A stretch of DNA of 64,000 nucleotides from an uncultured Acidobacteriota bacterium (GCA_963840225.1 CAWIYH010000002.1:135934-199933); one strand, 5' to 3'. Shown: positions 10,601-23,230, numbered from the stretch's first letter. The notes: a model not told the origin generated them from the letters alone. Numbers and translations are program-made.

Positions 10601-10702
10601 CACCGAGAGCGCCCGGACCGACTGGAGCCCGGCGATCAGGATGACGAGGTTGACGACGACGGCCAGAACGGGTCGTCGGATGAACAGGTCCGTCAGCTTC
10701 AT
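7611..10702 (-). CDS. RND (AcrB/MdtB-type) inner-membrane efflux pump with an apparent 1-nt frameshift near the 5' end
   Basis: The 987-aa ORF is a typical HAE1 RND protein. The true N-terminus MKLTDLFIRRPVLAVVVNLVILIAGLQSVRALSVRQYP starts at ATG 10702 in another frame. The span is 3092 nt (3n+2). Confidence 0.9.
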
Positions 10703-11826
10703 TACCGGTCCTCGACCCGCGGCGACGGGTTGTTGGAAGGCCGGACGCTATTGTTCACGAGCACCGCGGCCTTGTTGTGCAGCTTGAATACGCCGGACGT
10801 GACGACTTCCTCGCCGGCCTTGACCCCGGAGAGCACGGCGATCTGGTCGCCTCGGTTCTCTCCCACCTTGATGAACCGCTGGATGACCCCCTTGTAGCTG
10901 GCGCCCTTCGGGTCCTTCAGGCCGGTCACGACGAACACCGAATCGCCGTACGGCGCGTAGCTCACCGCCGACGCGGGCAGGGCGATGACGCTGTCGGCGT
11001 GGCCGAACATCACCGTCGTCTGGACGAACATGCCGGGGCGGAGCCTGCCGTCAGGATTCGCGAACGTCGCCTGGATGTTGACGTTCCGCGTCGCCGGATC
11101 GACCACCGAGTCGAGCGCCGAGATGTGGCCGGCCGGGCCCGCCGCCTCGCCGTCAATCGCGGCGTGCACGGGGGTCCCGACCTTCAGCCGGGCGAGCTGT
11201 TCCTGCGGAACCGCGAAGTCCACGTAGATCGGATGGAGCGACTGCAGCGAGACGATGGCGGTGCCGCCGGAGAGGTACTGGCCGAGATCGACGCGGCGGA
11301 GGCCCAGCACCCCCGAGAACGGCGCCCGAATCGTCTTGCGCGCGATCGTGGCGCGAATCTCGCCGACGTTCGCGTCGGCCTGCTTGTACGCGGCATCCGC
11401 CTGGTCGAACTCGGCCTGCGAGACGACCCGCTCGTCCTTCAGGTTCCGGATCCGCTGCAGGTTGGCGCGCGACAGATCCCGCTGTGCCTGCGCCGCCGTC
11501 AGCTGCGCCTGCTCCTGTCGCGTGTCCAACTGCACCAGCACGTCGCCCTCGTGCACCATCTTTCCGGAGTCGAAGACGATCCGCTCCACGATGCCGGGCA
11601 GATCCGCCGCGACGTCGACGCCGCGGACCGCGGCGACCGTGCCGATGGCGCCGAGCGTCGCGGGCCACCGCGCCTGGCGCGCCACGATCGTGGTCACGGC
11701 CTCGGGCGGCGGCTGGTACGACGCGTACACCGCGATCGCCGCCTTGACCTGCCGGAACTTCACGAAGCCGAGACCGGCCAGGCATAGAGCCAGCACGGTC
11801 AACATGAGGATCATCCGTTTCGCCAT
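10702..11826 (-). CDS. RND periplasmic adaptor (membrane fusion protein, HlyD family)
   Basis: ATG 11826 opens MAKRMILMLTVLALCLAGLGFV (TM anchor), followed by lipoyl/barrel-sandwich motifs. The stop TAA 10704-10702 overlaps the pump ATG (TAATG). Confidence 0.9.
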   Translation of the reverse strand: MAKRMILMLTVLALCLAGLGFVKFRQVKAAIAVYASYQPPPEAVTTIVARQARWPATLGAIGTVAAVRGVDVAADLPGIVERIVFDSGKMVHEGDVLVQLDTRQEQAQLTAAQAQRDLSRANLQRIRNLKDERVVSQAEFDQADAAYKQADANVGEIRATIARKTIRAPFSGVLGLRRVDLGQYLSGGTAIVSLQSLHPIYVDFAVPQEQLARLKVGTPVHAAIDGEAAGPAGHISALDSVVDPATRNVNIQATFANPDGRLRPGMFVQTTVMFGHADSVIALPASAVSYAPYGDSVFVVTGLKDPKGASYKGVIQRFIKVGENRGDQIAVLSGVKAGEEVVTSGVFKLHNKAAVLVNNSVRPSNNPSPRVEDR

Positions 11827-12115
11827 GGGTACCTCTTCATCGCCCGGGGGCGCTCGCGACACCGCCTGTCGCAGATGCGTCCCGCGATGCGGGATCCCTA
11901 CGGCAAATGGAGATCCACTCGGGTGGCGGCCGCCGGCAGAGTGGCCGGACGCCGGGAATACAGCGAGTTCCGGGCGGCCCGCGTCGAACCGACGAAATGC
12001 CGAGCTTGCGATCGGCTGCGTAGCCGCACGCAGGTTGCGCACCTGCGCGCAGTCGCATCAGGGCATCCGTCGGCCGGACGGCCGGCAGAGGCTCACGTCA
12101 CGGGTTTCGCGCGGC

Positions 12116-12130
12116 TGGCCCGCGCCTTGC
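12116..12130 (+). promoter_or_regulatory. sigma-54 (-24/-12) promoter candidate
   Basis: TGGCCC-GCGCC-TTGC against the consensus TGGCAC-N5-TTGC, with GG and GC separated by exactly 10 nt. It sits ~45 nt upstream of ATG 12174 and next to a sigma-54 enhancer-binding protein gene. Confidence 0.5.
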
Positions 12131-12173
12131 CCTGAACGCTGGCGCGGTGGATCGAACCGAGGAGGTCTGGGTC

Positions 12174-12377
12174 ATGTCGCGGCAGGTGGTGGAGTCGGTC
12201 ATCGACAGGCTGCTCGGCGACGAAGAGCTGCGCCTGCGGCTGCTCGAGGATCCAATCGAGGTGCTCGCTGAGCTGCACGCGCGCGGCTTCGGCCTGACGT
12301 CGCGCGAGATCGACGCCTTCATCCAGGCGGACGCGCGCATCTGGTTTCTCGAGGGAGACCACACCCGCGCGAGCTGA
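12174..12377 (+). CDS. small helical protein resembling NHLP-clan / Os1348-like proteins (67 aa)
   Basis: GAGGAGG RBS at 12160-12166. MSRQVVESVIDRLLGDEELRLRLLEDPIEVLAELHARGFGLTSREIDAFIQAD resembles, from memory, nitrile-hydratase-leader-like small proteins. Confidence 0.6.
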   Translation: MSRQVVESVIDRLLGDEELRLRLLEDPIEVLAELHARGFGLTSREIDAFIQADARIWFLEGDHTRAS

Positions 12378-12403
12378 GGCCCCGACGCCGCTGGTCGTGG
12401 GGC
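12377..12403. terminator. hairpin between convergent genes
   Basis: GGCCCCGAC (12377-12385) pairs with GTCGTGGGGCC (12393-12403) with one bulge and a 7-nt loop. Confidence 0.35.
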
Positions 12404-12443
12404 CCTCGAGCCGGTCAGCCGGACGCGACTGTCGCGCGGCGGG

Positions 12444-14474
<2,031 letters not shown>

Positions 14475-14542
14475 AGCAAGCGATCTTCCTGTGCCGGCGC
14501 CTCATGCGATCGGCATGACCCGCGCGGGCTACTAGCGTTTGA

Positions 14543-15473
14543 CTATCGCTCGGGACGAAAGGTTCCGACGACGGCCTGACTGGGCGTCTGCCAGTCGGTT
14601 ACTTGCGCGTAGCGCTCGCGCCGCCAGCGGTAGGGGAGCTCGACCACCAGGCCGGGACGCGGCGCGCCGACGGCCATCGAGAGCATGTCGTGCAGCACCG
14701 TGCGCTGCTGGGCCACGTGGCCCGGCTCGCCCAGCGCGTGGCCGAAGGGCCAGTGCAGGTACACGAACCGGGGCGCCCGCGCCGCCACGGCGACTTCCTT
14801 CACGAGCGCGACGCCGACCGTCGTCACGCCCTTCGCTTCAATCTCCCTGGCCAGCAGTCCGACGGACCGCGTGCAGATCGGTCAGGCCGGCACCAGCAGA
14901 GCCAGATCGACCTGTGCCGCCCTGATGCGCCGCGCGACGTCCTGAATCGACGGCATGAGCCGCCTGGCGCTGCCCATCAGTCCAAATCCGTAGTGGTGCT
15001 CGGCGAGACGGCCGATCACCCGTTCGGCCTCGAGCTCGCGCAGCCGCTCGAGCGGAAACACCAGGTTGATGTCCTTGAGCGCGTCGGTCCGGTCGGTACG
15101 CCTGGTGCGAGATGGCGAGGTCGCCGGCCCGTGCCGCCTTCGGAATGACCCGGAAGGTCGAATCGCCATTGAGGTTGAAGGGAGGGTCGGTGCGCAGATG
15201 GACGCCGCCGGTCGAGATCAGGACCACCTTGCAGGCCGACAGCGGCTTCTCGAGCGGCGTCCACGGCACGTTCGCGCCGGCGAGGCGCCTGAGCTGCGGA
15301 AGCGCGATGGTCCTGCTGAGCCAACGGCCGATCGCCGCGCCTTCGGCGCTGTTGGTGATCCACCGGGCGAACCATTCATTCAGCCGGCCCGCCCGCGTGC
15401 GGACCGGACCGTCATGTTCGATGCTGTGATGCGTTTGCACGACGGAGGGCGGACGCTGCAACGACGGGACCAT
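14543..15473 (-). CDS. GrdB-like (glycine/sarcosine/betaine/proline reductase component B family) protein; in-frame TGA 14884-14882 is a candidate selenocysteine codon; also has a 1-nt frameshift near 15095
   Basis: Three track ORFs concatenate into one family-typical protein: ...VVLISTGGVHLRTDPPFNLNGDSTFRVIPKAARAGDLAISHQAY / DRTDALKDINLVFPLERLRELEAERVIG...VDLALLVPA-TGA-PICTRSVGLLAREIEAKGVTTVGVALV.... The span is 931 nt (3n+1). Confidence 0.7.
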
Positions 15474-15526
15474 CCCGCAGGGTCCGATCGAATCGGCCCG
15501 CGCCGCCGCGGGCTACCCGTTCGGGC

Positions 15527-15551
15527 TGCGCAGGCGTGCGCAGAATGCGCA
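15527..15551. promoter_or_regulatory. three TGCGCA hexamers at 10- and 9-bp spacing (candidate operator)
   Basis: TGCGCA occurs at 15527-15532, 15537-15542 and 15546-15551, in the intergenic region between the MocR gene and the GrdB-like gene. Confidence 0.3.
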
Positions 15552-15629
15552 TTCGTGCCCAGACAAGTGCGGCCGACGTCGAGTTCGGCAGGCTTGGGGG
15601 TTCTGGTGAAAGGCCGCGACCGAGTGAGC

Positions 15630-17132
15630 TCAGACCGGCATGGCAGCGGCCCTCGCCAGCTTGCGGATGCCTTCGGCGATCGCCTGCTCGTCGTACGCCG
15701 CGAATCCGAGCACGAGACCGGGCCGATCGGCCGCCCTCCGCGACTGCCAGCAGCAGGACGAAAGCGCCCACGCGGAGATGCCGGCGTCGGCTGCCCGCCG
15801 GCTGAGCGCCCGATCGCTGTTCGGTTCGCTCAGCCAACCGATCGTGTGCATGCCGGCCTCCGGCAGCGTGACCGTCATCAGGCCGGCGAGGTTCTGCTCG
15901 ACGGCGCCGACGAGCGCCTCCGCGCGCTCAAGGTAGAGCGTGCGCATTCGACGGATGTGACGCCCGAAGTGCCCTTCGGCGATGAACTCGGCGAGGACGG
16001 CCTGATCCGGTGTCGGCGACTGCCGGTCGGCGATCGCCTTGGCGGCGAGAAATCGATCGACGAAGTCCGACGGGACGATCAGGTACGCGAGGCGGATGGA
16101 CGGAAAGAGCACCTTCGTGAACGTCCCGAGGTAGAAGACACGGTCGCTTCGATCGAGCGCCTGCAGCGCCGGAATCGAGCGCCCCGCGTACCGGTATTCG
16201 CTGTCGTAGTCGTCCTCGAGAATCCACGCGTCGGCGTGCGCCGCCCACTGCAGCAGCTCGAGCCGGCGGCTCAGCGTCATCGTCACGCCTCGAGGGAACT
16301 GATGGGAGGGGGTGACGTAGGCGAGCTTGGCGGTCGGCGCCAGGGCGATGCCGGTCCTGACCGACAGCCCCGATTCGTCGACGGGCACCGGGACGACGTC
16401 GGCGCCGGCGGCTCGGAGCGTTGCGACGGCGCCGGCGTAGCCCGGCTCCTCCATCCAGGCGGGGTCGCCCGGGTCGAGCAGCAAACGCGCGATCAAATCG
16501 ATTCCCTGCTGGGCCCCGCCGACGATCACCACCTGCTCCGGCTCGCCGCGGACGCCGCGGGCGATCCGCATGTAGTCGAGGATCGCGCGGCGCAGTGGCA
16601 GATACCCGGCCGGGTCGCCGTAGCTGAGCAGCGCGTTTTCGCGGGTCTTCCATCGCCGATTCGCGATCCGGCTCCAGAGGTCGAACGGAAACTGGTCGAA
16701 CGCGGGGATGCCCGGGCGGAACGGGCCCGTCACGAGCTCGCGAGAGGTCAGCCGCGGATCCGGGACGAGCAGCCTGGCCCCGAACTGCGACCAGCGGGGG
16801 TCGCGCGGCGCGCGCGGCGCGACCTTCGGCAGCGCCGGGTCGACCGACGTCGTCTGGTCGGGGAGCACGTCGGCGACGAACGTGCCGCTCTTGGCTTCGC
16901 CTTCCAGGTACCCTTCCGCGATCAGCTGCTCGATCGCGTTGAGGACGGTATTGCGCGACACGCGCAGATCGACTGCGAGCACACGCGTGGACGGGATCTG
17001 CTGGCCGGGCGCCAGCGCGCGGCTCAGGATGAGCTGACGCAGCTTCTCGTAGAGCTGACGGTACAGGGGTTCGGCCGACTGGGGATCCGGCGTGAGCGTG
17101 GCGGCGACGGCGGCGGAAGAGACCCGACCCAT
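15630..17132 (-). CDS. MocR/PdxR-type regulator (GntR wHTH + PLP aminotransferase-like domain)
   Basis: PLYRQLYEKLRQLILSRALAPGQQIPSTRVLAVDLRVSRNTVLNAIEQLIAEGYLEGEAKSGTFV, followed by an aminotransferase fold (YGDPAGYLPLRRAI..., FTKVLFPSIRLAYLIVP). Confidence 0.9.
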   Translation of the reverse strand: MGRVSSAAVAATLTPDPQSAEPLYRQLYEKLRQLILSRALAPGQQIPSTRVLAVDLRVSRNTVLNAIEQLIAEGYLEGEAKSGTFVADVLPDQTTSVDPALPKVAPRAPRDPRWSQFGARLLVPDPRLTSRELVTGPFRPGIPAFDQFPFDLWSRIANRRWKTRENALLSYGDPAGYLPLRRAILDYMRIARGVRGEPEQVVIVGGAQQGIDLIARLLLDPGDPAWMEEPGYAGAVATLRAAGADVVPVPVDESGLSVRTGIALAPTAKLAYVTPSHQFPRGVTMTLSRRLELLQWAAHADAWILEDDYDSEYRYAGRSIPALQALDRSDRVFYLGTFTKVLFPSIRLAYLIVPSDFVDRFLAAKAIADRQSPTPDQAVLAEFIAEGHFGRHIRRMRTLYLERAEALVGAVEQNLAGLMTVTLPEAGMHTIGWLSEPNSDRALSRRAADAGISAWALSSCCWQSRRAADRPGLVLGFAAYDEQAIAEGIRKLARAAAMPV

Positions 17133-17214
17133 GGCGGTGACCGCGGATGACGCGGGAGCAATCCCATTCTAGGACTTCCCCGAGGTCAAGTCACCGTCGC
17201 GCGCCGGTCGCCGT

Positions 17215-19209
<1,995 letters not shown>

Positions 19210-19410
19210 CCACGCCTCCGACCGCCGCACATAGACACCCGCTATTCCAACGGCATTCGCGGCACAACAAAAGATCCAGATGCAGTCGGACGACAGGAGC
19301 CAAGGGATGAGCGCTCGTCGAAAAGGAGGGACGGCAGACAAGGTCATCCTCTCCAGCCGCTTCTCGCGAGCGTCCGGTGTGGATTACGCTAGGTAATCGG
19401 TGCCACCGAG

Positions 19411-20112
19411 ATGATCGTCCGTCACGTCGATGACCGCCTGCAGCTGATCACCCAGCCCGACCATGCCCACCTGGCTCGGCGCATCATGGAAGCGTGTGCG
19501 CCTCTGGCGGCGCGGCCGCGGCGCGAATCGATCCTCAACGCGATCGGCGAGCACGACAACGGATGGGCGGAGGCGGACGCGGCACCGCTGGCGAGCGCCG
19601 ACACCGGCTCGGTGGTCGACTTCGTAGCGGCGCCGCTGGCCGTCCGGCACGCCGTCTGGCCGCGGGGCGTCGCGCGGCTCGCCGACGATCCCTGGGCGGC
19701 GGCGCTGGTGGCGCAGCATGCGATCACGGTGTACGGCCGGTTCCGGTCCGACGCCGCGTGGACGCCTTTCTTCGCCGAGATGGAAGAGGCGCGCGACGCG
19801 ATGCGCCGCGCGAGCGGCGTGCCGGACGACATTTCGGCCGACTATCCGTTCGTCCGGCTCGGCGACCTGATCTCGCTGGCCCTCTGCACCGGCTCGACCG
19901 ACGAGCATCGCTTCGCCGAATACAGCGTGCGGCTGTCGGGGCACCGGGTCGTCGTCTCGCCCGACGTGTTCGGCGGAGCCGCGATTCCCGTCGAGATTGC
20001 CGCCAGGGAGATCCCCGACCGGCCGTATCGATCCGATGCGGCGCTGCGCGACACCCTGCGCGATGCGCCGCCGACGACGCTTCGGGGCGAGGTCGTGGGG
20101 CAGCGCCGCTGA
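19411..20112 (+). CDS. DUF3891-like protein
   Basis: The N-terminus LQLITQPDHAHLARRIMEA...AIGEHDNGWAEAD is typical of DUF3891 (recognised from memory). Confidence 0.7.
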   Translation: MIVRHVDDRLQLITQPDHAHLARRIMEACAPLAARPRRESILNAIGEHDNGWAEADAAPLASADTGSVVDFVAAPLAVRHAVWPRGVARLADDPWAAALVAQHAITVYGRFRSDAAWTPFFAEMEEARDAMRRASGVPDDISADYPFVRLGDLISLALCTGSTDEHRFAEYSVRLSGHRVVVSPDVFGGAAIPVEIAAREIPDRPYRSDAALRDTLRDAPPTTLRGEVVGQRR

Positions 20113-20125
20113 CCGCGCCGCGAGT

Positions 20126-20674
20126 CTACACGCCGTCGCACGAGACGCGCGGATTCCAGTCGGCGAAGGTGCCGTTCGGGTTGTCGCGCCACGCCCACAC
20201 GTGCAGCTCGTAGAAGGCCGGCAGGCCGAAGCGGTTGGGGCTCCCGACGTAGTGGAACAGCTGTCCTTCGAGCGCGGGCGGATCGTTCTCGTCGTGGGTG
20301 GCGTGCCAGGCGTCGGCCAGCACGATGAACTCCACGGCCACCAGTCGCGATCGTCCGTTCCTCGGCTCGTAGATCAGCGCTTCGGGATGGGCCGCGTCGA
20401 GCGCGCCGTCGCCCACCAGCGCGCCGTTGACGTAGTGCACGCCCATTGCCCCCATCTCGGGTCCGCTCACGCAGCCGAGGACCGGCGCATAGCCGTCCGG
20501 AACGTCTCGCGCGTCCTGAAACCCTCGAGTGGCGTCCTGGACCGTCCGGACGAGGGTGGCAGTGTCTGGCGCGCGATTGCGATCGTATTCAGGGCCGACG
20601 CCGCTCGCGCCGGCTGTGACAAGCGGCACGGTCGCGGCCGCGATGGCGCCCAGAACCAGATGTGTGAGCCTCAT
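20126..20674 (-). CDS. secreted hypothetical protein
   Basis: Signal peptide MRLTHLVLGAIAAATVPLVTAGA. Coherent composition (GAMGVHYVNG, HVWAWRDNPNGTFADWNP). Confidence 0.7.
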   Translation of the reverse strand: MRLTHLVLGAIAAATVPLVTAGASGVGPEYDRNRAPDTATLVRTVQDATRGFQDARDVPDGYAPVLGCVSGPEMGAMGVHYVNGALVGDGALDAAHPEALIYEPRNGRSRLVAVEFIVLADAWHATHDENDPPALEGQLFHYVGSPNRFGLPAFYELHVWAWRDNPNGTFADWNPRVSCDGV

Positions 20675-20759
20675 GCTGTCCCTCCGCTGTGATCGGCCGG
20701 CGTCACCGATGCCGCCGATTCGGGTGACGTGAGGCTAGCACCCGGGGAGCGGGGAACCC

Positions 20760-21833
20760 ATGACCGAAACGCCGAATCTCCTGACCGGGACGCCGTTTCC
20801 CGGCGAGGCCGTGCCCGGTCCCAACGGCACGGATGTGCTTTCCGACGTGCTGCGGGTGTTCCGGGCTTCCGGCGCGGCGCTCCTGCGCGGCGACTTCCGT
20901 GCACCCTGGTCGTGGGTCACGCCGCCTGCGACCGCGATCGCCGCCATGCTGCACGGGGGCGCCTCGCGTCTCGTGATCTTTCATATCGTGGCGGAGGGGA
21001 GCTGCTGGGTCGAGATCCCGGACGGTCCGAGGATCGAGCTGCAGCAGGGCGATGTCGTGGGGTTCCCGCACGGCCAGGCCCACGCGATGGGCGCCGGCAA
21101 GGGCGCCGAGCGCGTGCCGATTGCGAGCCTGCTGCCGCCGCACCCCTGGGCCGAGCTGCCCGTGCTCTCCTACGGCGGCCACGGCGCGCTGACGCGCATC
21201 GTGTGCGTCTACCTCCAGTGCGACGACCTCGTGTTCAATCCCCTGCTCGACAGCCTGCCTGACGCGCTGGTCGCGCGTCCGCGTCAGGACGGCGCGGCAC
21301 AATGGCTGAACGTCAACCTGCAGTACCTCATCGCCGAGGCCAACCGCGGGGCCGCCGGCAGCGCCGCCCTGCTGGCGCGGATGACCGAGCTTCTCTTCAT
21401 CGAGATGCTCCGAATCCATCTGGTCACACTCGGCGACCAGGACGTCGGCTGGCTGGCGGCGCTCAAGGACCACCACGTCTCACAGGTGCTGCACCTGTTC
21501 CACAACGATCCCGGCCGGCACTGGAGCAAGGCCACGCTTGCGAGACACTCGGGCCTGTCGCGGTCCGCCCTCGACGAGCGCTTCAGGAGGCTGCTGGCGA
21601 CCTCGCCGGGCCGCTACCTCACGAAGTGGCGCCTGCAACGGGCGGCGCAGGCGCTGCGGCACACGCAGGCCGCCGTCGGTCAGATTGCGGCCGGCGTCGG
21701 ATACACCTCCGAGGAGGCGTTCAGCCGCGCGTTCAAGCGCTTCACGGGAAGCTCGCCGGCGGCCTGGCGGACGCAGCATTTGAGATCGATCGAGCGCCGC
21801 GGCGAGTCGGCGGCGAAGAACCGCGGCCCGTAG
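20760..21833 (+). CDS. AraC-family regulator with N-terminal cupin domain
   Basis: Cupin region IVAEGSCWVEIPDGPRIELQQGDVVGFPHGQAH. The C-terminus carries two HTHs (HSGLSRSALDERFRRLLATSPGRYLTKWR ... GYTSEEAFSRAFKRFTGSSPAAWR). Confidence 0.9.
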   Translation: MTETPNLLTGTPFPGEAVPGPNGTDVLSDVLRVFRASGAALLRGDFRAPWSWVTPPATAIAAMLHGGASRLVIFHIVAEGSCWVEIPDGPRIELQQGDVVGFPHGQAHAMGAGKGAERVPIASLLPPHPWAELPVLSYGGHGALTRIVCVYLQCDDLVFNPLLDSLPDALVARPRQDGAAQWLNVNLQYLIAEANRGAAGSAALLARMTELLFIEMLRIHLVTLGDQDVGWLAALKDHHVSQVLHLFHNDPGRHWSKATLARHSGLSRSALDERFRRLLATSPGRYLTKWRLQRAAQALRHTQAAVGQIAAGVGYTSEEAFSRAFKRFTGSSPAAWRTQHLRSIERRGESAAKNRGP

Positions 21834-21839
21834 GGCCGG

Positions 21840-23093
21840 CTACTGCGGCCATCCCTCCCTGGGCAGGCCGGCCGTCAGCTTGAGCGCGTTCTGGAAGTAG
21901 ACCTTCTTCAGCACGGCGTCGGGCAGGTCGATGCCGTACAGCTTCCAGAACGCATGGTACGGGCGGTAGTAGTCGAAGTACTCGTCTTTCGTCTCGAAGA
22001 CCCGCCAGTAGTACGGATATTCCTCCGGCTGGAAGGAATCCTTCCCGAAGAGGAGCCGGTCCTGGTACTTGACGAAGAAGTCGTGCGCCGCTCGAGGCTG
22101 CCGTCCGATGTCGTACAGCACGGCGCCGACCTCCGTGTAGACGTTCGGCATCGCGTCGAGCAACCGCCCGAGCTTCGCCAGGTCGTTGGCATCCCAGGCC
22201 ATGTGCGCCGCGACGAACGTCGTCTTCGGGTGTCGGCTGAACAGGTGGTCGCGCTCGGCCGTCAGCTCCTCGAAGCGTGGAAACTGGCCGGCGGGGTAGC
22301 GGCGATCGGCGAAGAGCGACAGTTCGAGCCACCGCTCGTTGTGGTTGTCAATCGCCTCGAAGAACTCCTGCGGATCGGCGGTGTGGATGAACACCGGCAG
22401 GTTCAGACGCGCGCACGCATCCCAGATCGGATCGAGCTCCGGGTCGTCGATCCGCAGTCGCGTGCCGTCGCGCTTCCTGATCCTCAGACCCAGGGCCTTC
22501 GAGATTTCGCCCACGCCGACCGCTCCGGCCTTCACGTCGGCCTCGAGCTGGCCGATGGCCCTGTCGACCCATCCCGGACCGACGTCCCTGAAGTCGATGC
22601 CGGCGAGCACGCGAACGCGATCCTTCTGCGGAGCACCCGCGATCGTCGACAACGCCTGCTGCAGCCGCGTCCCCGAGAGATTGTCGGCGCTCACCATGAC
22701 GCGCACGTTCAGGGCGTCCAGCGCCGAGACCATGCCGGCCAGTCGGTCCGGCGAGAACAGACGGCTCTGGGGATGCCCGTGGAAGTCGACCACGGGGAAC
22801 TTCGCGCGCGGCACGGGATGCGCCGCGGTGACCAATGTCGAGCGCGGCCGGTAGTCGACGATGCTCGGGGGCGGGAACTCCGGCGCGAGGCACGATCCCG
22901 GCCGCACTTCGGTCGTGCCGGGCGGACACTCCTCGCCGGGCTTGATCTCGACGCCCTGGAAGCCTCGCCCTCGACCCTGCCGGCCCTGGCCGGCCGGCGA
23001 GGCCGGGCCCGGAGCGGCCTGCTGTTGCGCGACGAGCGCGGCGCCGAGGGCCAGCGCGGCGGAAGTGACAATCGCGAGTCGTGTCGTTCGCAT
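21840..23093 (-). CDS. secreted amidohydrolase-superfamily metal hydrolase
   Basis: ATG 23093 opens MRTTRLAIVTSAALALGAALVAQQ (signal peptide). HxH motif VVDFHGHP. TIM-barrel hydrolase pattern (VFIHTADP, FVAAHMAWD). Confidence 0.85.
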   Translation of the reverse strand: MRTTRLAIVTSAALALGAALVAQQQAAPGPASPAGQGRQGRGRGFQGVEIKPGEECPPGTTEVRPGSCLAPEFPPPSIVDYRPRSTLVTAAHPVPRAKFPVVDFHGHPQSRLFSPDRLAGMVSALDALNVRVMVSADNLSGTRLQQALSTIAGAPQKDRVRVLAGIDFRDVGPGWVDRAIGQLEADVKAGAVGVGEISKALGLRIRKRDGTRLRIDDPELDPIWDACARLNLPVFIHTADPQEFFEAIDNHNERWLELSLFADRRYPAGQFPRFEELTAERDHLFSRHPKTTFVAAHMAWDANDLAKLGRLLDAMPNVYTEVGAVLYDIGRQPRAAHDFFVKYQDRLLFGKDSFQPEEYPYYWRVFETKDEYFDYYRPYHAFWKLYGIDLPDAVLKKVYFQNALKLTAGLPREGWPQ

Positions 23094-23230
23094 GCAAACC
23101 TCTGAGTCTGCGGATTCTAACAGGCAGCCCCGAAGGAGGCGCGCCGCGACGAGATCGGCGAACCGCTCGGCCGCGCCGGAGGGAGGTTGGTCTTTCACAC
23201 GTCGACGTCCCTGTGTACGATCGTCGAACC

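Noticed and set aside
7014-10787. A 1257-aa plus-strand ORF. Similar very long ORFs occur at 5839-9111 (-), 12567-14579 (+), 15066-17150 (+), 17305-18762 (+), 24179-26686 (+), 26753-30127 (+), 42976-46236 (+), 47153-50089 (+) and 56069-58519 (+).
   Set aside because: All are Arg/Ala/Gly/Pro/Asp-rich with no recognisable motifs. Each lies antisense or out of frame to a gene with clear family motifs. They are typical stop-codon-poor shadow ORFs of GC-rich DNA.
15547-15561. A sigma-54 promoter candidate on the minus strand (TGGGCACGAATGCGC) upstream of the GrdB-like gene.
   Set aside because: Only the GG and GC dinucleotides fit at the correct spacing. The flanking positions deviate from TGGCAC/TTGC, and the better GGCAC alignment gives the wrong spacing.
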